Of a DNA stretch of 61,940 nt, positions 56,101 to 61,940 are shown piece by piece; position 1 is the first letter of the stretch, and each line of letters begins with the position of its first letter. The notes under the pieces were generated by a model, which saw nothing but the letters and a program-made list of their open reading frames with translations, was not told where the DNA came from and searched no databases. Source of the stretch: a virus. The position numbers were made by a program, and so were the translations under genes. The stretch lies in IMG/VR virus record IMGVR_UViG_3300027645_000001, positions 1 to 61,940 of that record; one strand, written 5' to 3'.

Positions 56101-57971
56101 AGAAAAATATCGCCACGCTGAAGGCGGTCGACCAGTTTCAAAACACGTTTGCCTTTAAGGTGCCAAAGGAAGTCGAGGCCGTCCACGTCAGTAACGATCA
56201 GATCGAGCGTGCCATGAAGAACATGGGGCTCAATCTAGACCCAAACATGACCGAGTCGCAACGCGAGAGCTGGACGCGCTTCTTCCGGCGCGTGGCTCCG
56301 ACCGATCGCAACGTGATCCGTGTGATGCGTGACGGTAAGCCTGAATATCACCGCATCCTCGACCCGCTCGTATTGGACGCGCTCACCTCCATCCAGGGCT
56401 CACCCAAATGGCTGCGTGATCTGGATAAGCGCCTTTTCGGGATGCTCTCAGGGCCGAAGCGCTTTTACACCGCGATGTCAACCGCGACCCCGATGTACAC
56501 CGCCAGGCGCTTCCTGCGCGTGATGTTCGATACCGCGATCCAGCAGGGCGGCATGGTGGGACTGCTGACCAACGCGCATCGCGACTTTTACGATTCGATC
56601 ACGGGGCACAAGGACCTCTACGACATGATGATGGCCGGCGCGGGAGGCGCGCAGGGCTACGATCAGGATCCCGAGCGCGTGCGCCGCATGCTCATCGATT
56701 CGTACAAGGGCGGCAATAAAACCGATTACCTCACGAGGGCGGCCAATCCTAAAAACTGGTGGAAGGTGTGGCGAGCGATCCAGAACGCTTCGAAGAACGA
56801 GCACATGCTGCGTGTCTATCGTGCCGCTCGAAAGCAAGGGGCATCCGTAGCCGAGGCTGCTTTCCGCGCACGCGACATCGAGGACCTGTCGATGCATGGC
56901 GGTGGCGCTATCATGCAGTTCATCAATCGCACGGTGCCCTTTCTCAACCCGCGCATCCAGGGCACCTACCGCATGGCACGCGGCTTTAAGGACAACTGGC
57001 GCGGCTACGCGATCCGCGGCGCCATGGTCACGGCGGCCACGCTGGGCCTGCAGGCCTACAACTGGGATAACCCGCGCTATCAAGAACTCCCGGAGTGGGA
57101 AAAGGATATGTCTTGGCACGTCTTCATAGGCGATCACCACTTCATGCTGCCCAAGCCCTTCGAGCTCGGGCTGATCTTCGCGACGCTGCCTGAGCGCTTG
57201 GTCTCGGCCGGCATGCACGCGATGGGCAAACCAGGCGGCGACACCGCAGGAGAATCGATCGATGCGGCCAAGCGCGCCGTGCTCGATACCTTTGCCTTGA
57301 ACCCGGTACCGCTGGTGCTGCGCCCCTTGCTCGCGCAGGCCGTGAACGTCAACGCCTTTGGCAACAAGATCCTGACCGACAAGGAGGCTGCTCTAGCGCC
57401 CCAGGAGCAGTACAACGACTATACGAGTCCCATGATTCGCGCGATTGCTGGCAACCTACCTGGCAAGTACAGCTACACGCTCAACTCGCCGGCGCGTCTG
57501 CAGGCGCTTGTGCAAGGCTATACCTCAAGCCTTGGCATCACCCTCCTCGATGGCGCCGATCGGCTCACACGGCGCGGCTTAGGGTATCCGGATGCACCTT
57601 CGAGCTCGGTGATGGAGTCGGCCTTCAAGTCGTTCTACCAGTCGGGCGAGCCGACCACGACGAAGTACACCCCTGAGCTCTACGACTTTCGCGAGCAGGC
57701 GGACAAGGCCTACAACACTCTCATGGCGCTCTCGGCCGATCATCGGATGAAGGAAGCGCGCGCGTACCTGCAGGACAACAAGAAGCTGCTGCAACTGCGC
57801 CCCATGCTCAACGCACTTGGCAAGGACATGAAGGAGCTGAATAAGCAGCAGGCCATGGTGATGGAGAGTACCAACCTCACCGCGGATCAGAAAAAGGCAC
57901 GCATCGATAAAATCACGGCGCAGAAGAACGCCATTGCCCGCCACGTCGCGCCGTTCGAGGACTATTTCTGA
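47109..57971 (+). CDS. Giant polyvalent protein (3620 aa): pyrophosphatase-like module, N6-adenine-type MTase, strawberry-notch-like SF2 helicase, and a long C-terminal region. Probable capsid-packaged/ejected protein.
   Basis: A single uninterrupted ORF. Motifs and coordinates are in the sub-features. It lies between the internal-virion-like genes and terL. Confidence 0.85.
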   Translation: MADFPDSAPDWIKQLQTAPGPTADTLQVQSPANGLWYTLPRIPDDFKAPPMPPPPPPPGPGLFERAWDTAKAIPGEAMAQISPSEAYHENVAADAARWTQAHPDSLLTEVARHSLGLIPGAAPLVSSMVNRDSAIWPESPEQQADIAARAAAPAPGFLEGLKNAATLFQEHPGALVGQLIQQTAENPQYLIGGDLGLTAAAARIAKSAGAADAAAKTAGALGRVAGQSGSFAALTAGTEAVHEAGAGALDPEKIKEAGEQGAVIGPAVDSILRLASGRPVMRVTLDELKKGLDRGPQPAAGEPLLEGPPGSTGGGGGAAGAPAAPSAPTGTLSQLATRAREAGVAPEDIHPIMADRLRRNISDDEARTQVQHLIDAATVAPARTAAKAPERKKEETPKEEVTEPATASKVAESPTQPSSEAKAEEQTARAEGPAAGEQAGAPAPAAAAGGAEQSPKPNEAQTPQTGDVWRVGFAGDEGRKEPYELTVGGGRMLARQEGAGDDVPFVDVTPRAGESLQDALVRKLAPPHGAEQQIEAVQRPAAPTPDEHGIVKTKVAGQPVEIAHAPTPLQEQAGNFKQGHITIPLDGGIPVTVQKAAGMQRSGVDQDGKTWTSTLKHDYGYAKRTIGADKEPIDVFVGPNPESKRAYVVDQNSVKTGDFDEHKLMLGFNSREAASDAYLSNYPKGWTGRGHVTPMSIEQAKDWLDNGDTKAPAHGQQLLPAAPAAIVAPSQPEKPAIGPPETAPAAGAVTETPPQQTAEAAGAIPEEPSTLRGQLAAKPAEAPAPEAVAHPPAQLPHVEGGLSEPERKVVADLGAKLSVGALTAKDARGVYEQHVGEKAIGAHAKRAEELTELAVVHSARDVVTSAPVPHEAFDKLVDLYGRQPTFGTRTSTSVEQQAYSTPAPLAYVASHLAGITPSTTVLEPTAGNGMLLMAASPKNATVNELNPSRAAALREQGFNVTTKDAVRADFGPPVQAVIANPPFGVVRDESGASRNFSVEMPAGKAFETHEIDHAIALHALDSMMDDGRAVLIIGGINKLARTEEARSDAYNGAAKRKFFYALHQNYNVADHFTVAGELYAKQGAAWPVDVVVIAGRGKSAKVLPAVEVPRVYNSWADLKPLLDQTYEQPHRMEPSVGEQRPSDIQRAAPPAAEAGHTAVPGPVIRPSAGDAGPEPGPERGVEPVAGHPGVGRGVARPDETAGGLGGERPGGVEPEPAAPPAPVGPAAEPAGLEPGGTALGKAADIGGQGGAAQPPGELGERRVPNALIEGPQQPYEPASREGAIGTLVPTNMRTAIGTALDKLQDKVGPVDRYVAQELGYSPEEIGRYFSAEQLDALGLALSQMKSGKGFIIGDQTGIGKGRVVAGVIRWALKNGQTPIFVTEKPNLYADMYRDLTDIGVQDIRPVMTNGAEKVPLDDAGNVTLRTPSSERHNALMSEMAAKADLGEHNMIFTTYSQMQTLKGAMTPRMQFLAAFAPNGVTIFDESHNAGGTDVGGRAKKADQEQGKTGRAGFARHLAKLAKAVFYSSATYAKRPSVMDLYFKTDMAMAVDNDVKKLPAAITAGGVPLQQVVASMLSDAGQYIRRERSFAGVEYNTPVVPVDRKAAEAISAVMLAVKQFDDIKQIALKGIKKELKREAGALAADQALSPSSTNFTSVMHNLIDQMLLALKADAAADLAIEAIKRGEHPVVTVANTMGSFLESYAEEAGLKNGDAMALSFGNLMARYLERSRDVTTKANDGTVTRRQILDEELGREGVAKYEAVKELIKRTPGLKGVPVSPIDWLHYRLNKAGYKTSEITGRTHTLRYSDTDKHPTYQLRGSKETSIAGRRRAIMGFNSGALDALIINQAGATGLSLHASEKFKDKRRRRMVIAQAERNIDTHMQMLGRVHRTGQVVAPAYDQLVADIPAEKRPAAVLAKKMASLNANTTGARSSQFSAKDTLDFDNQYGDEAAASMMEDMPEIHEMLGEPLKDTDTGLERDGAARKVSGRLPMLEVTQQEAFYELFAQNFQELLDRANALGENALEAKTLALDAKPVSKTELFPAKVATDSPFGAGAYANTMDVKRLGKPYTSEQVRERLAENAGFGKEEATRHDIHAALREQWRERVEKNMDDFQTYLTAERAKMADSDMKEEAQEGRVAMLTQQASQWHEMAKELVPGKMYSLRTPEGTTYYAVLQKIERKKGVRMPTARGSWLAHFDVADGMREITFPFSKLSTDLDTVGGLGKVQVERASHHDITRTDIMQLFDEGQTVSREKRVLVTGNLLAGFSKVGRGQIANFTDHEGNIQQGVLMPRSFDLAKFAESQPVQLTSEQAGRFLEDVGQGIVRSSDNVVTIRNYGPNLLLQVPRSKAEGGKYFLDQGLRDIVGDFTSGSSSMRVTFDRDQLPAVLSELSSRFDQKFYTDTFKEEAQKAGGSVLGQAKKQATSYARPAPTLRRAIEARRATKLAPNVADYLKRVETALRGHAQVQVHANPKEFGEAIDQDVPPDVAGAYTSDDGTLHFVASNLPDVAAAQAIFRHEGFGHLAMEKSPDFEKALAMVGQLRKMGGAKIKRLYDDVERRYPGADNTTLSKEVIATMAERGVKNAIVDRAITGALSLLRKMGIETPPAEAELRQMIVQAARGLPVEARALSGLDRVEAYAAEAHVQAGREGAAMDALGRVLPESDAIDALSAAKRAGNTRAIEILKDLQDDASVGDNDNPPLIEDAYHPVEASIPREVLFARHAPMDAETKAARDKVMDPDGRDDMTLRDRQRLGLAALRKVDGTAIKQYWIDDLASIAKWEREINGGKLKAGEESPLKAARSVRNLASQMAAVLEVGIPEHKDGVFQVVPGRLGLKKVFEPLSTNPDGSLIRHFELYAAARRALRLINERNRDGTLREKNFTQTEIDAGLALAKKYPELERVFHDLQEVWTQLLDLGESAGTIDPEARRIYERFDYVPFYRAEEELAGERPSGGRSRGGLANQREMSGRLTGKAAPLRNILENVMMNIANQMDAAQKNIATLKAVDQFQNTFAFKVPKEVEAVHVSNDQIERAMKNMGLNLDPNMTESQRESWTRFFRRVAPTDRNVIRVMRDGKPEYHRILDPLVLDALTSIQGSPKWLRDLDKRLFGMLSGPKRFYTAMSTATPMYTARRFLRVMFDTAIQQGGMVGLLTNAHRDFYDSITGHKDLYDMMMAGAGGAQGYDQDPERVRRMLIDSYKGGNKTDYLTRAANPKNWWKVWRAIQNASKNEHMLRVYRAARKQGASVAEAAFRARDIEDLSMHGGGAIMQFINRTVPFLNPRIQGTYRMARGFKDNWRGYAIRGAMVTAATLGLQAYNWDNPRYQELPEWEKDMSWHVFIGDHHFMLPKPFELGLIFATLPERLVSAGMHAMGKPGGDTAGESIDAAKRAVLDTFALNPVPLVLRPLLAQAVNVNAFGNKILTDKEAALAPQEQYNDYTSPMIRAIAGNLPGKYSYTLNSPARLQALVQGYTSSLGITLLDGADRLTRRGLGYPDAPSSSVMESAFKSFYQSGEPTTTKYTPELYDFREQADKAYNTLMALSADHRMKEARAYLQDNKKLLQLRPMLNALGKDMKELNKQQAMVMESTNLTADQKKARIDKITAQKNAIARHVAPFEDYF
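48831..49210 (+). other. Domain: inorganic-pyrophosphatase-like module of polyvalent proteins (approximate bounds)
   Basis: Motifs GYAKRTIGADKEPIDVFVGPNP and FDEHKLMLGFNSREAASDAYLSNY. Family recalled from memory. Confidence 0.4.
49761..50400 (+). other. Domain: amino-methyltransferase (motif I VLEPTAGNG 49869..49895; motif IV NPPFG 50046..50060)
   Basis: Motifs read in frame. Confidence 0.8.
50930..52910 (+). other. Domain: strawberry-notch (Sbno)-like SF2 NTPase/helicase core
   Basis: GFIIGDQTGIGKGR (51165..51194), IFDESHNAGG (DESH 51558..51569), GATGLSLHA, and QMLGRVHRTGQ (52776..52790). Confidence 0.75.
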
Positions 57972-57989
57972 TCCAGCTCGCTCAGCAGC

Positions 57990-58020
57990 AGCCGATCATC
58001 TCCCCGACCGACGATCGGCT
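57990..58020 (+). promoter_or_regulatory. 8-bp-stem hairpin ending 1 nt before the terL ATG
   Basis: agccgatc (57990..57997) pairs with gatcggct (58013..58020). There is no SD in front of terL. Confidence 0.25.
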
Positions 58021-58021
58021 G

Positions 58022-59446
58022 ATGGACTTTTCGGCCGATTGCTACTACGACCCGCTCACCTGGGTGCTTGGCATCTATCCTTGGACAAAGCAGGGTACGT
58101 TCCTCGCCAAGGAGCCCGGGCCCGATGTGTGGCAGATCGAGGCGCTGCGCGCAGTGGGCACCGAGGCGCTGCTGGTTGACACGGGGAGAGCCGCGACCAA
58201 CGCGGTGCAGATGGCGATCGGCTCGGGACACGGCGTGGGCAAGGGCGCGCTGCTGTCCTGGGTAATCCCCTGGTGGCTATCCACGCGCCTGCGGCCGCGC
58301 ATGAACTGCACCGCGGGCACCGATACGCAGTTGAAAACAAAGCTGTGGCGCGAGATCAACAAATGGAACTCCGTGGCGGCCAACGGGCATTGGTTTAGCT
58401 GGGCCGCGCAGTCCTTCAAGCTACGCGAGAATCCGCTCGCGGTTGCAGACGCCATCCCGTGGAGTGAGAACAATCCGCACGCGGTCGCAGGCCTTCACGA
58501 GGGCGATCCGGCCGTGATCATGGACGAGGCGAGCACGGTGGCCGATATCATCTGGACGACGCTCGAGGGCGCCTTCACAACGCCCGGTGGCCTTTGGATG
58601 GCCTGCGGGAATCTCACCGAACCATCCGGTAAATTTTACGATTGTTTCAAAAGCAACCGCAAATACTGGCTGACCTTCAATATCGATGCGCGCACGGCTC
58701 GCAAGGCCGACAAGGTGCGCATCGCACAGTGGCAGGACCAGTACGGGGAGGATAGCGACTTCTTTCGCGTTCGCGTGCTGGGCCAGGCGCCCAAGGGCGG
58801 GGCAACGCGCCTGTTCACCGCTGAGCTGCTGGACGCCGCCGTTGCGCGCGTGATCGAGGAGGACTGGCTGCACGATGAGACCCCGCTGGTGATGGGGATC
58901 GACCCCTCCGGGGGCGGGGAGGCTGTGACAGCGATTGCGCTGCGCCGAGGCCCAATCTTGAAGGAGATCATCCGATTCTCCGAATCGAACCACATGCGCT
59001 GCGCGAGCCTGATCGCGGGCTATCTTTCGAAGTACAAGCCCGACTACGCCTTCATCGACTGTCATGGCTTGGGTAAAGGCATCTTTGATCGCCTCAAGCA
59101 ATTGGGCTACCCGCAAGTCATGGAGGCCTATGGGGGGGATCGCTCGGCAGTAGTCGACAAGCTCAATTATTACAATCCGAGGGCAGAGTGGTGGGGCCGC
59201 ATGGCCGAGTGGCTGCGGGTATCTAAAATCCCGAATGACCGGGACCTGCGCGATCAGCTCCTGGGTCAGCCGATGGAGCGCCGGCAGATGCGGCTGCAGC
59301 TAATGTCGAAGGATGACATGCGCAAACTGGGCCTTGTAAGCCCTGACACTGGCGATTCAGTGAGTCTCACCTTCGCCGAGCTCGTGAGCGTCAAACGCGG
59401 TGCGACATCCGTGGCTATAGAGGGCGGCCTGCCAGCCTTCACGTGA
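58022..59446 (+). CDS. terL: Terminase large subunit
   Basis: Walker A MAIGSGHGVGKG, Walker B AVIMDEAS, and nuclease-domain segments VMGIDPSGGG and ...AFIDCHGLG. Confidence 0.85.
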   Translation: MDFSADCYYDPLTWVLGIYPWTKQGTFLAKEPGPDVWQIEALRAVGTEALLVDTGRAATNAVQMAIGSGHGVGKGALLSWVIPWWLSTRLRPRMNCTAGTDTQLKTKLWREINKWNSVAANGHWFSWAAQSFKLRENPLAVADAIPWSENNPHAVAGLHEGDPAVIMDEASTVADIIWTTLEGAFTTPGGLWMACGNLTEPSGKFYDCFKSNRKYWLTFNIDARTARKADKVRIAQWQDQYGEDSDFFRVRVLGQAPKGGATRLFTAELLDAAVARVIEEDWLHDETPLVMGIDPSGGGEAVTAIALRRGPILKEIIRFSESNHMRCASLIAGYLSKYKPDYAFIDCHGLGKGIFDRLKQLGYPQVMEAYGGDRSAVVDKLNYYNPRAEWWGRMAEWLRVSKIPNDRDLRDQLLGQPMERRQMRLQLMSKDDMRKLGLVSPDTGDSVSLTFAELVSVKRGATSVAIEGGLPAFT

Positions 59447-59540
59447 CGGGCCACACCCTTGATATTATTCGGCGTTATGAGACAAAGGGCACCACTGAAA
59501 TGAAGTCGCCGAACACTCGGCGCGCATCAAGGAGACCATC

Positions 59541-59708
59541 GTGGGCATCATTCTGTTGATCGTCGTCCTGTGGCTGATTTTCGGGTTTCCCGGCTTTGGC
59601 ATCGGCCAGCGAATACATCCAAATTACGGGTACGGCTATTACGGGGGTGGACTGGGCACGATCCTTGTGATCCTGCTGGTGCTGTGGTTGCTCGGGGTGT
59701 TTCGATGA
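59541..59708 (+). CDS. Small two-TM membrane protein, 55 aa (DUF3309-like; holin-class candidate)
   Basis: My translation: VGIILLIVVLWLIFGFPGFGIGQRIHPNYGYGYYGGGLGTILVILLVLWLLGVFR. AGGAG lies 7 nt upstream. Confidence 0.55.
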   Translation: MGIILLIVVLWLIFGFPGFGIGQRIHPNYGYGYYGGGLGTILVILLVLWLLGVFR

Positions 59709-59875
59709 ACACCGCCTGTCTCATCATCGCCTTGATCTTCGCGATCCTGGTGTTTCTGAACGTGTCCTCGCCGCGCTTCAACCTGGTGGGCGCCTGCCTC
59801 TTTTTCTTCATTCTGGCCTTTCTGCTCGTCGGCGTGAACGTCGAGAATTGGCACCTGCCGCACTTTACTCGCTAA
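59705..59875 (+). CDS. Small two-TM membrane protein, 56 aa (holin-class candidate)
   Basis: MNTACLIIALIFAILVFLNVSSPRFNLVGACLFFFILAFLLVGV.... ATGA overlap. Confidence 0.55.
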   Translation: MNTACLIIALIFAILVFLNVSSPRFNLVGACLFFFILAFLLVGVNVENWHLPHFTR

Positions 59876-60387
59876 TGGTTCCTCCGACGGATGAGACAGC
59901 ACGTTTTAGGGAGATAAGGACAGCCATCGCCGCACTGTTTCTGGTGTTGTGGTTGGGCGGTTCCTACACAGATGCTGCGTCGCCGTCTGTACCGTCAACC
60001 GGCTTAGAAATAAGTCTGCGGGAATATGTCGATGTTCGCTTCGCCGCGCAGGATGCCGCGGTCAAGGCGGCGCTGGAGGCCGCTGACCGCGCGGTCGAGA
60101 AGTCAGAGCTGGCGTCAGACAAGCGCTTTGAATCAGTCAACGAATTCCGCCGCACGCTGGCCGATCAAGAGCACACCTTCATGCCGCGCTCGGAATACGA
60201 GCAGGCGCACAAGGGGCTTGAAGAAAAGTTATCCGCCTTAGAGATTCGAATGAATAGTGTCGAGGAGCGCAGCACCGTTATGAAGGAAGGTTGGGGATAC
60301 CTCGTCGGCATTACCGGACTCGTGATCGCTATTGTCAGTGTCGCAGTCGCTGCGTATCGTAGGCGTAAGGTCACCAATGAGGCTTAA
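59875..60387 (+). CDS. Coiled-coil protein with hydrophobic segments at both termini, 170 aa (spanin-like topology, no lipobox)
   Basis: Trimmed to MVPPTDETARF. N-terminal AIAALFLVLWLGG, central heptad-like region, C-terminal LVGITGLVIAIVSVAVAAY-RRRK. Confidence 0.55.
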   Translation: MVPPTDETARFREIRTAIAALFLVLWLGGSYTDAASPSVPSTGLEISLREYVDVRFAAQDAAVKAALEAADRAVEKSELASDKRFESVNEFRRTLADQEHTFMPRSEYEQAHKGLEEKLSALEIRMNSVEERSTVMKEGWGYLVGITGLVIAIVSVAVAAYRRRKVTNEA

Positions 60388-60390
60388 TCA

Positions 60391-61281
60391 GTGAGCTGGA
60401 AAGACGGCGGTCAACCTTATTTGCCGACGCTTGCCGCGGCGGAGGACCGCTTCGCCATTCCGCGCGATCTGCTCGCGCGCATCGCCTATCAGGAGTCGCA
60501 CTGGCGCGCCGCTGTCATCGATAGCGAGGAAGAATCCTCGGCTGGCTGCGTCGGGCTTATGCAGCTCAACCCAAAGTTTTTCCATGGCGCTGGCGTGCTC
60601 TGGCAGGCCGATGTGCTCACGGCTGGCGCGGAGCTTGAGCGCCTGCATAGCCACTTCAACGATTGGCAGCTCGCATTGGCCGCGTACAACTGGGGCCAGC
60701 GCGGCGTGGATCGTGTGGAGAGGCTCGACGCGCATCTGGCTGCGGGTAAGCTGTTCTCGGATCTTCCCTTAGAGACCCGAAATTACGTGACCGAAGTCTT
60801 TGCGGATGTACCGGAGCCAGGGGCTATCTTGCCGCGGAGCGAGGAGCGTACAATCGCGCCCGCAATGTTCAATCCATGCGAACACCACCTGTCCAGGATC
60901 GAATCGAAACTGGACCTTATTCTCAGGAGACTAGAAATCATGTCCACCACCGTAGACGCAGCGCTGTCCGAAATCACTGCCGATGTGACGGCGGAGACCA
61001 CCGTCAATCAAAGCGTGATCGCCCTGATCCAAGGTATTCCCGCCCTCATTGCCGCGGCGGTTGCCGCCGCAACTGCAGCGGGGGCAACCCCGGCGCAACT
61101 GGCCGCTTTCGATGCGCTCAGCGCGACCATGACTGCGAATGCCGCAGCGCTGGCCGCAGCCGTCACCGCGAGCACCGCAAGCGCGACTCCCGCACAGGTA
61201 GCCGCAGGCCAGGGCCCGACGCCGGCTGTCGCGGCAGCCGCGAAGGCCGCCACAACGCCGACACGGAACCTGGGGCCGTAA
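60391..61281 (+). CDS. Lytic transglycosylase (SLT domain) fused to an Ala-rich C-terminal half
   Basis: Motifs IAYQESHW, CVGLMQL and AAYNWGQ; GAGG RBS; GTG start. Confidence 0.8.
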   Translation: MSWKDGGQPYLPTLAAAEDRFAIPRDLLARIAYQESHWRAAVIDSEEESSAGCVGLMQLNPKFFHGAGVLWQADVLTAGAELERLHSHFNDWQLALAAYNWGQRGVDRVERLDAHLAAGKLFSDLPLETRNYVTEVFADVPEPGAILPRSEERTIAPAMFNPCEHHLSRIESKLDLILRRLEIMSTTVDAALSEITADVTAETTVNQSVIALIQGIPALIAAAVAAATAAGATPAQLAAFDALSATMTANAAALAAAVTASTASATPAQVAAGQGPTPAVAAAAKAATTPTRNLGP

Positions 61282-61332
61282 CAAAGGCATGGGGCGCGCA
61301 TGCACTGATCTTGTCTGACGAGGTAGGCCGAT

Positions 61333-61650
61333 ATGGGTAATCGCGCGCCCCTTCCTTACCTGACCGCCTACCTTCAAAGCGCCGTTGCCATCATATTTTT
61401 GTTCGGTTACTTCGGCTTCCTGGCGATCTTGTTTCTGGGCAACGTCAAGATACAGGCGGAATTGCTGGAGCTCGGCAAGACCTTGGCGGTGGGCCTGTCC
61501 GGGGCGCTTGGCCTGCTGTTCGCCTTTCTCTACCTGCGCTCGCGCGAGCAGGGAACGCCTGATCCGAACACGACGACGACGAGTACCCAGACTACAACGA
61601 CGCCAACTCCCTCCCCTTTGTCCCCCGCACCACCGGAGCCTCCCAGATGA
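61333..61650 (+). CDS. Two-TM membrane protein with a Thr/Pro-rich tail, 105 aa
   Basis: GAGG RBS. TM segments AVAIIFLFGYFGFLAILFLG and LAVGLSGALGLLFAFLYL. Confidence 0.6.
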   Translation: MGNRAPLPYLTAYLQSAVAIIFLFGYFGFLAILFLGNVKIQAELLELGKTLAVGLSGALGLLFAFLYLRSREQGTPDPNTTTTSTQTTTTPTPSPLSPAPPEPPR

Positions 61651-61940
61651 ACTTTCAACTCCAGCCCCTTGAGACCCTTGCCGCTACCGGCATCACCGGC
61701 CTACTGATCTCGATCGGCGCCAAAGGCAACGCAGCAACGCTGGTCAAGCGCGCGAACGCCTATCTCGCGGTCGCTGCCGCCGTCGGCGCGGCCCAGACCG
61801 GCGACGTCAATAGCCTCATCGCCACGCTCACGACCGTGATCAGCACGTCGAATCTGGACCCCGCTGAAGGTCTCGCATTGACCGGATTACTGACGGCCAT
61901 CGTCAATCAGTTGGCCATGGGCAAGGCTGTGGCCGGGACC
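61647..61940 (+). CDS. 5-prime part of the junction-spanning ORF (continues at base 100 of the window)
   Basis: ATGA overlap with 61333..61650. Its last 99 nt are the terminal repeat. Confidence 0.6.
   Translation, partial: MNFQLQPLETLAATGITGLLISIGAKGNAATLVKRANAYLAVAAAVGAAQTGDVNSLIATLTTVISTSNLDPAEGLALTGLLTAIVNQLAMGKAVAGT
61842..61940. repeat. Right copy of the 99-bp terminal direct repeat
   Basis: Identical to 1..99. Confidence 0.97.

Noticed and set aside
47109-57971. N4-type virion RNA polymerase, suggested by the giant size and position
   Set aside because: I see MTase and Sbno-helicase motifs but no T7-like RNAP motifs. The size match to N4 gp50 appears to be positional analogy only.
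1-61940. Lysogeny module (integrase, CI-type repressor, attP)
   Set aside because: I recognised no tyrosine or serine recombinase motif in any frame. The only HTH proteins are small Cro-like or LuxR-like ones. The lifestyle therefore remains undetermined rather than temperate.

Overview
The window is one complete, circularly closed phage genome. The first 99 bp are identical to the last 99 bp, giving a unit length of 61,841 bp. It is a GC-rich (roughly 60%+ by eye) tailed dsDNA phage with podovirus-like virion genes. I saw no tRNA, CRISPR array, integrase, DNA polymerase or RNA polymerase.

Layout:
- 59.5 kb through the junction to 2.3 kb (+): lysis and exo-enzyme genes. These are small membrane proteins, an SLT transglycosylase, a permuted papain-fold peptidase, and a secreted GH26-like hydrolase with poly-Ser linkers.
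- 2.3-15.6 kb (-): an early leftward operon. It holds a Mom-like GNAT-fold protein, a train of translationally coupled membrane micro-ORFs, and a recombination module (Rad50-like ATPase, DEDDy exonuclease, YqaJ exonuclease) invaded by GIY-YIG and HNH homing endonucleases. It also holds a small DPPH methyltransferase and zinc-ribbon proteins.
- 15.56-15.67 kb: a divergent control region.
- 15.7-24 kb (+): HTH regulators, an HNH protein, a replication-initiator-like gene with internal iterons, peptide deformylase and a PD-(D/E)XK nuclease.
- 24-59.4 kb (+): the virion module. In order: terS, a second secreted GH26-like enzyme, portal, scaffold, HK97-fold capsid, adaptor/nozzle-like proteins, a beta-helix tail fibre, four low-complexity internal-virion-like proteins plus a GNAT, a 3620-aa polyvalent protein, then terL.

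Best leads:
- The 3620-aa polyvalent protein (pyrophosphatase-like + N6-MTase + strawberry-notch helicase) sits in the slot of the ejected giant protein.
- A short peptide motif, [QS][LI]IP, recurs at the termini of the neighbouring internal proteins.
- The phage encodes a set of Sec-signal-bearing polysaccharide-active enzymes.

All functional calls come from motifs read by eye. None has been checked against a database.
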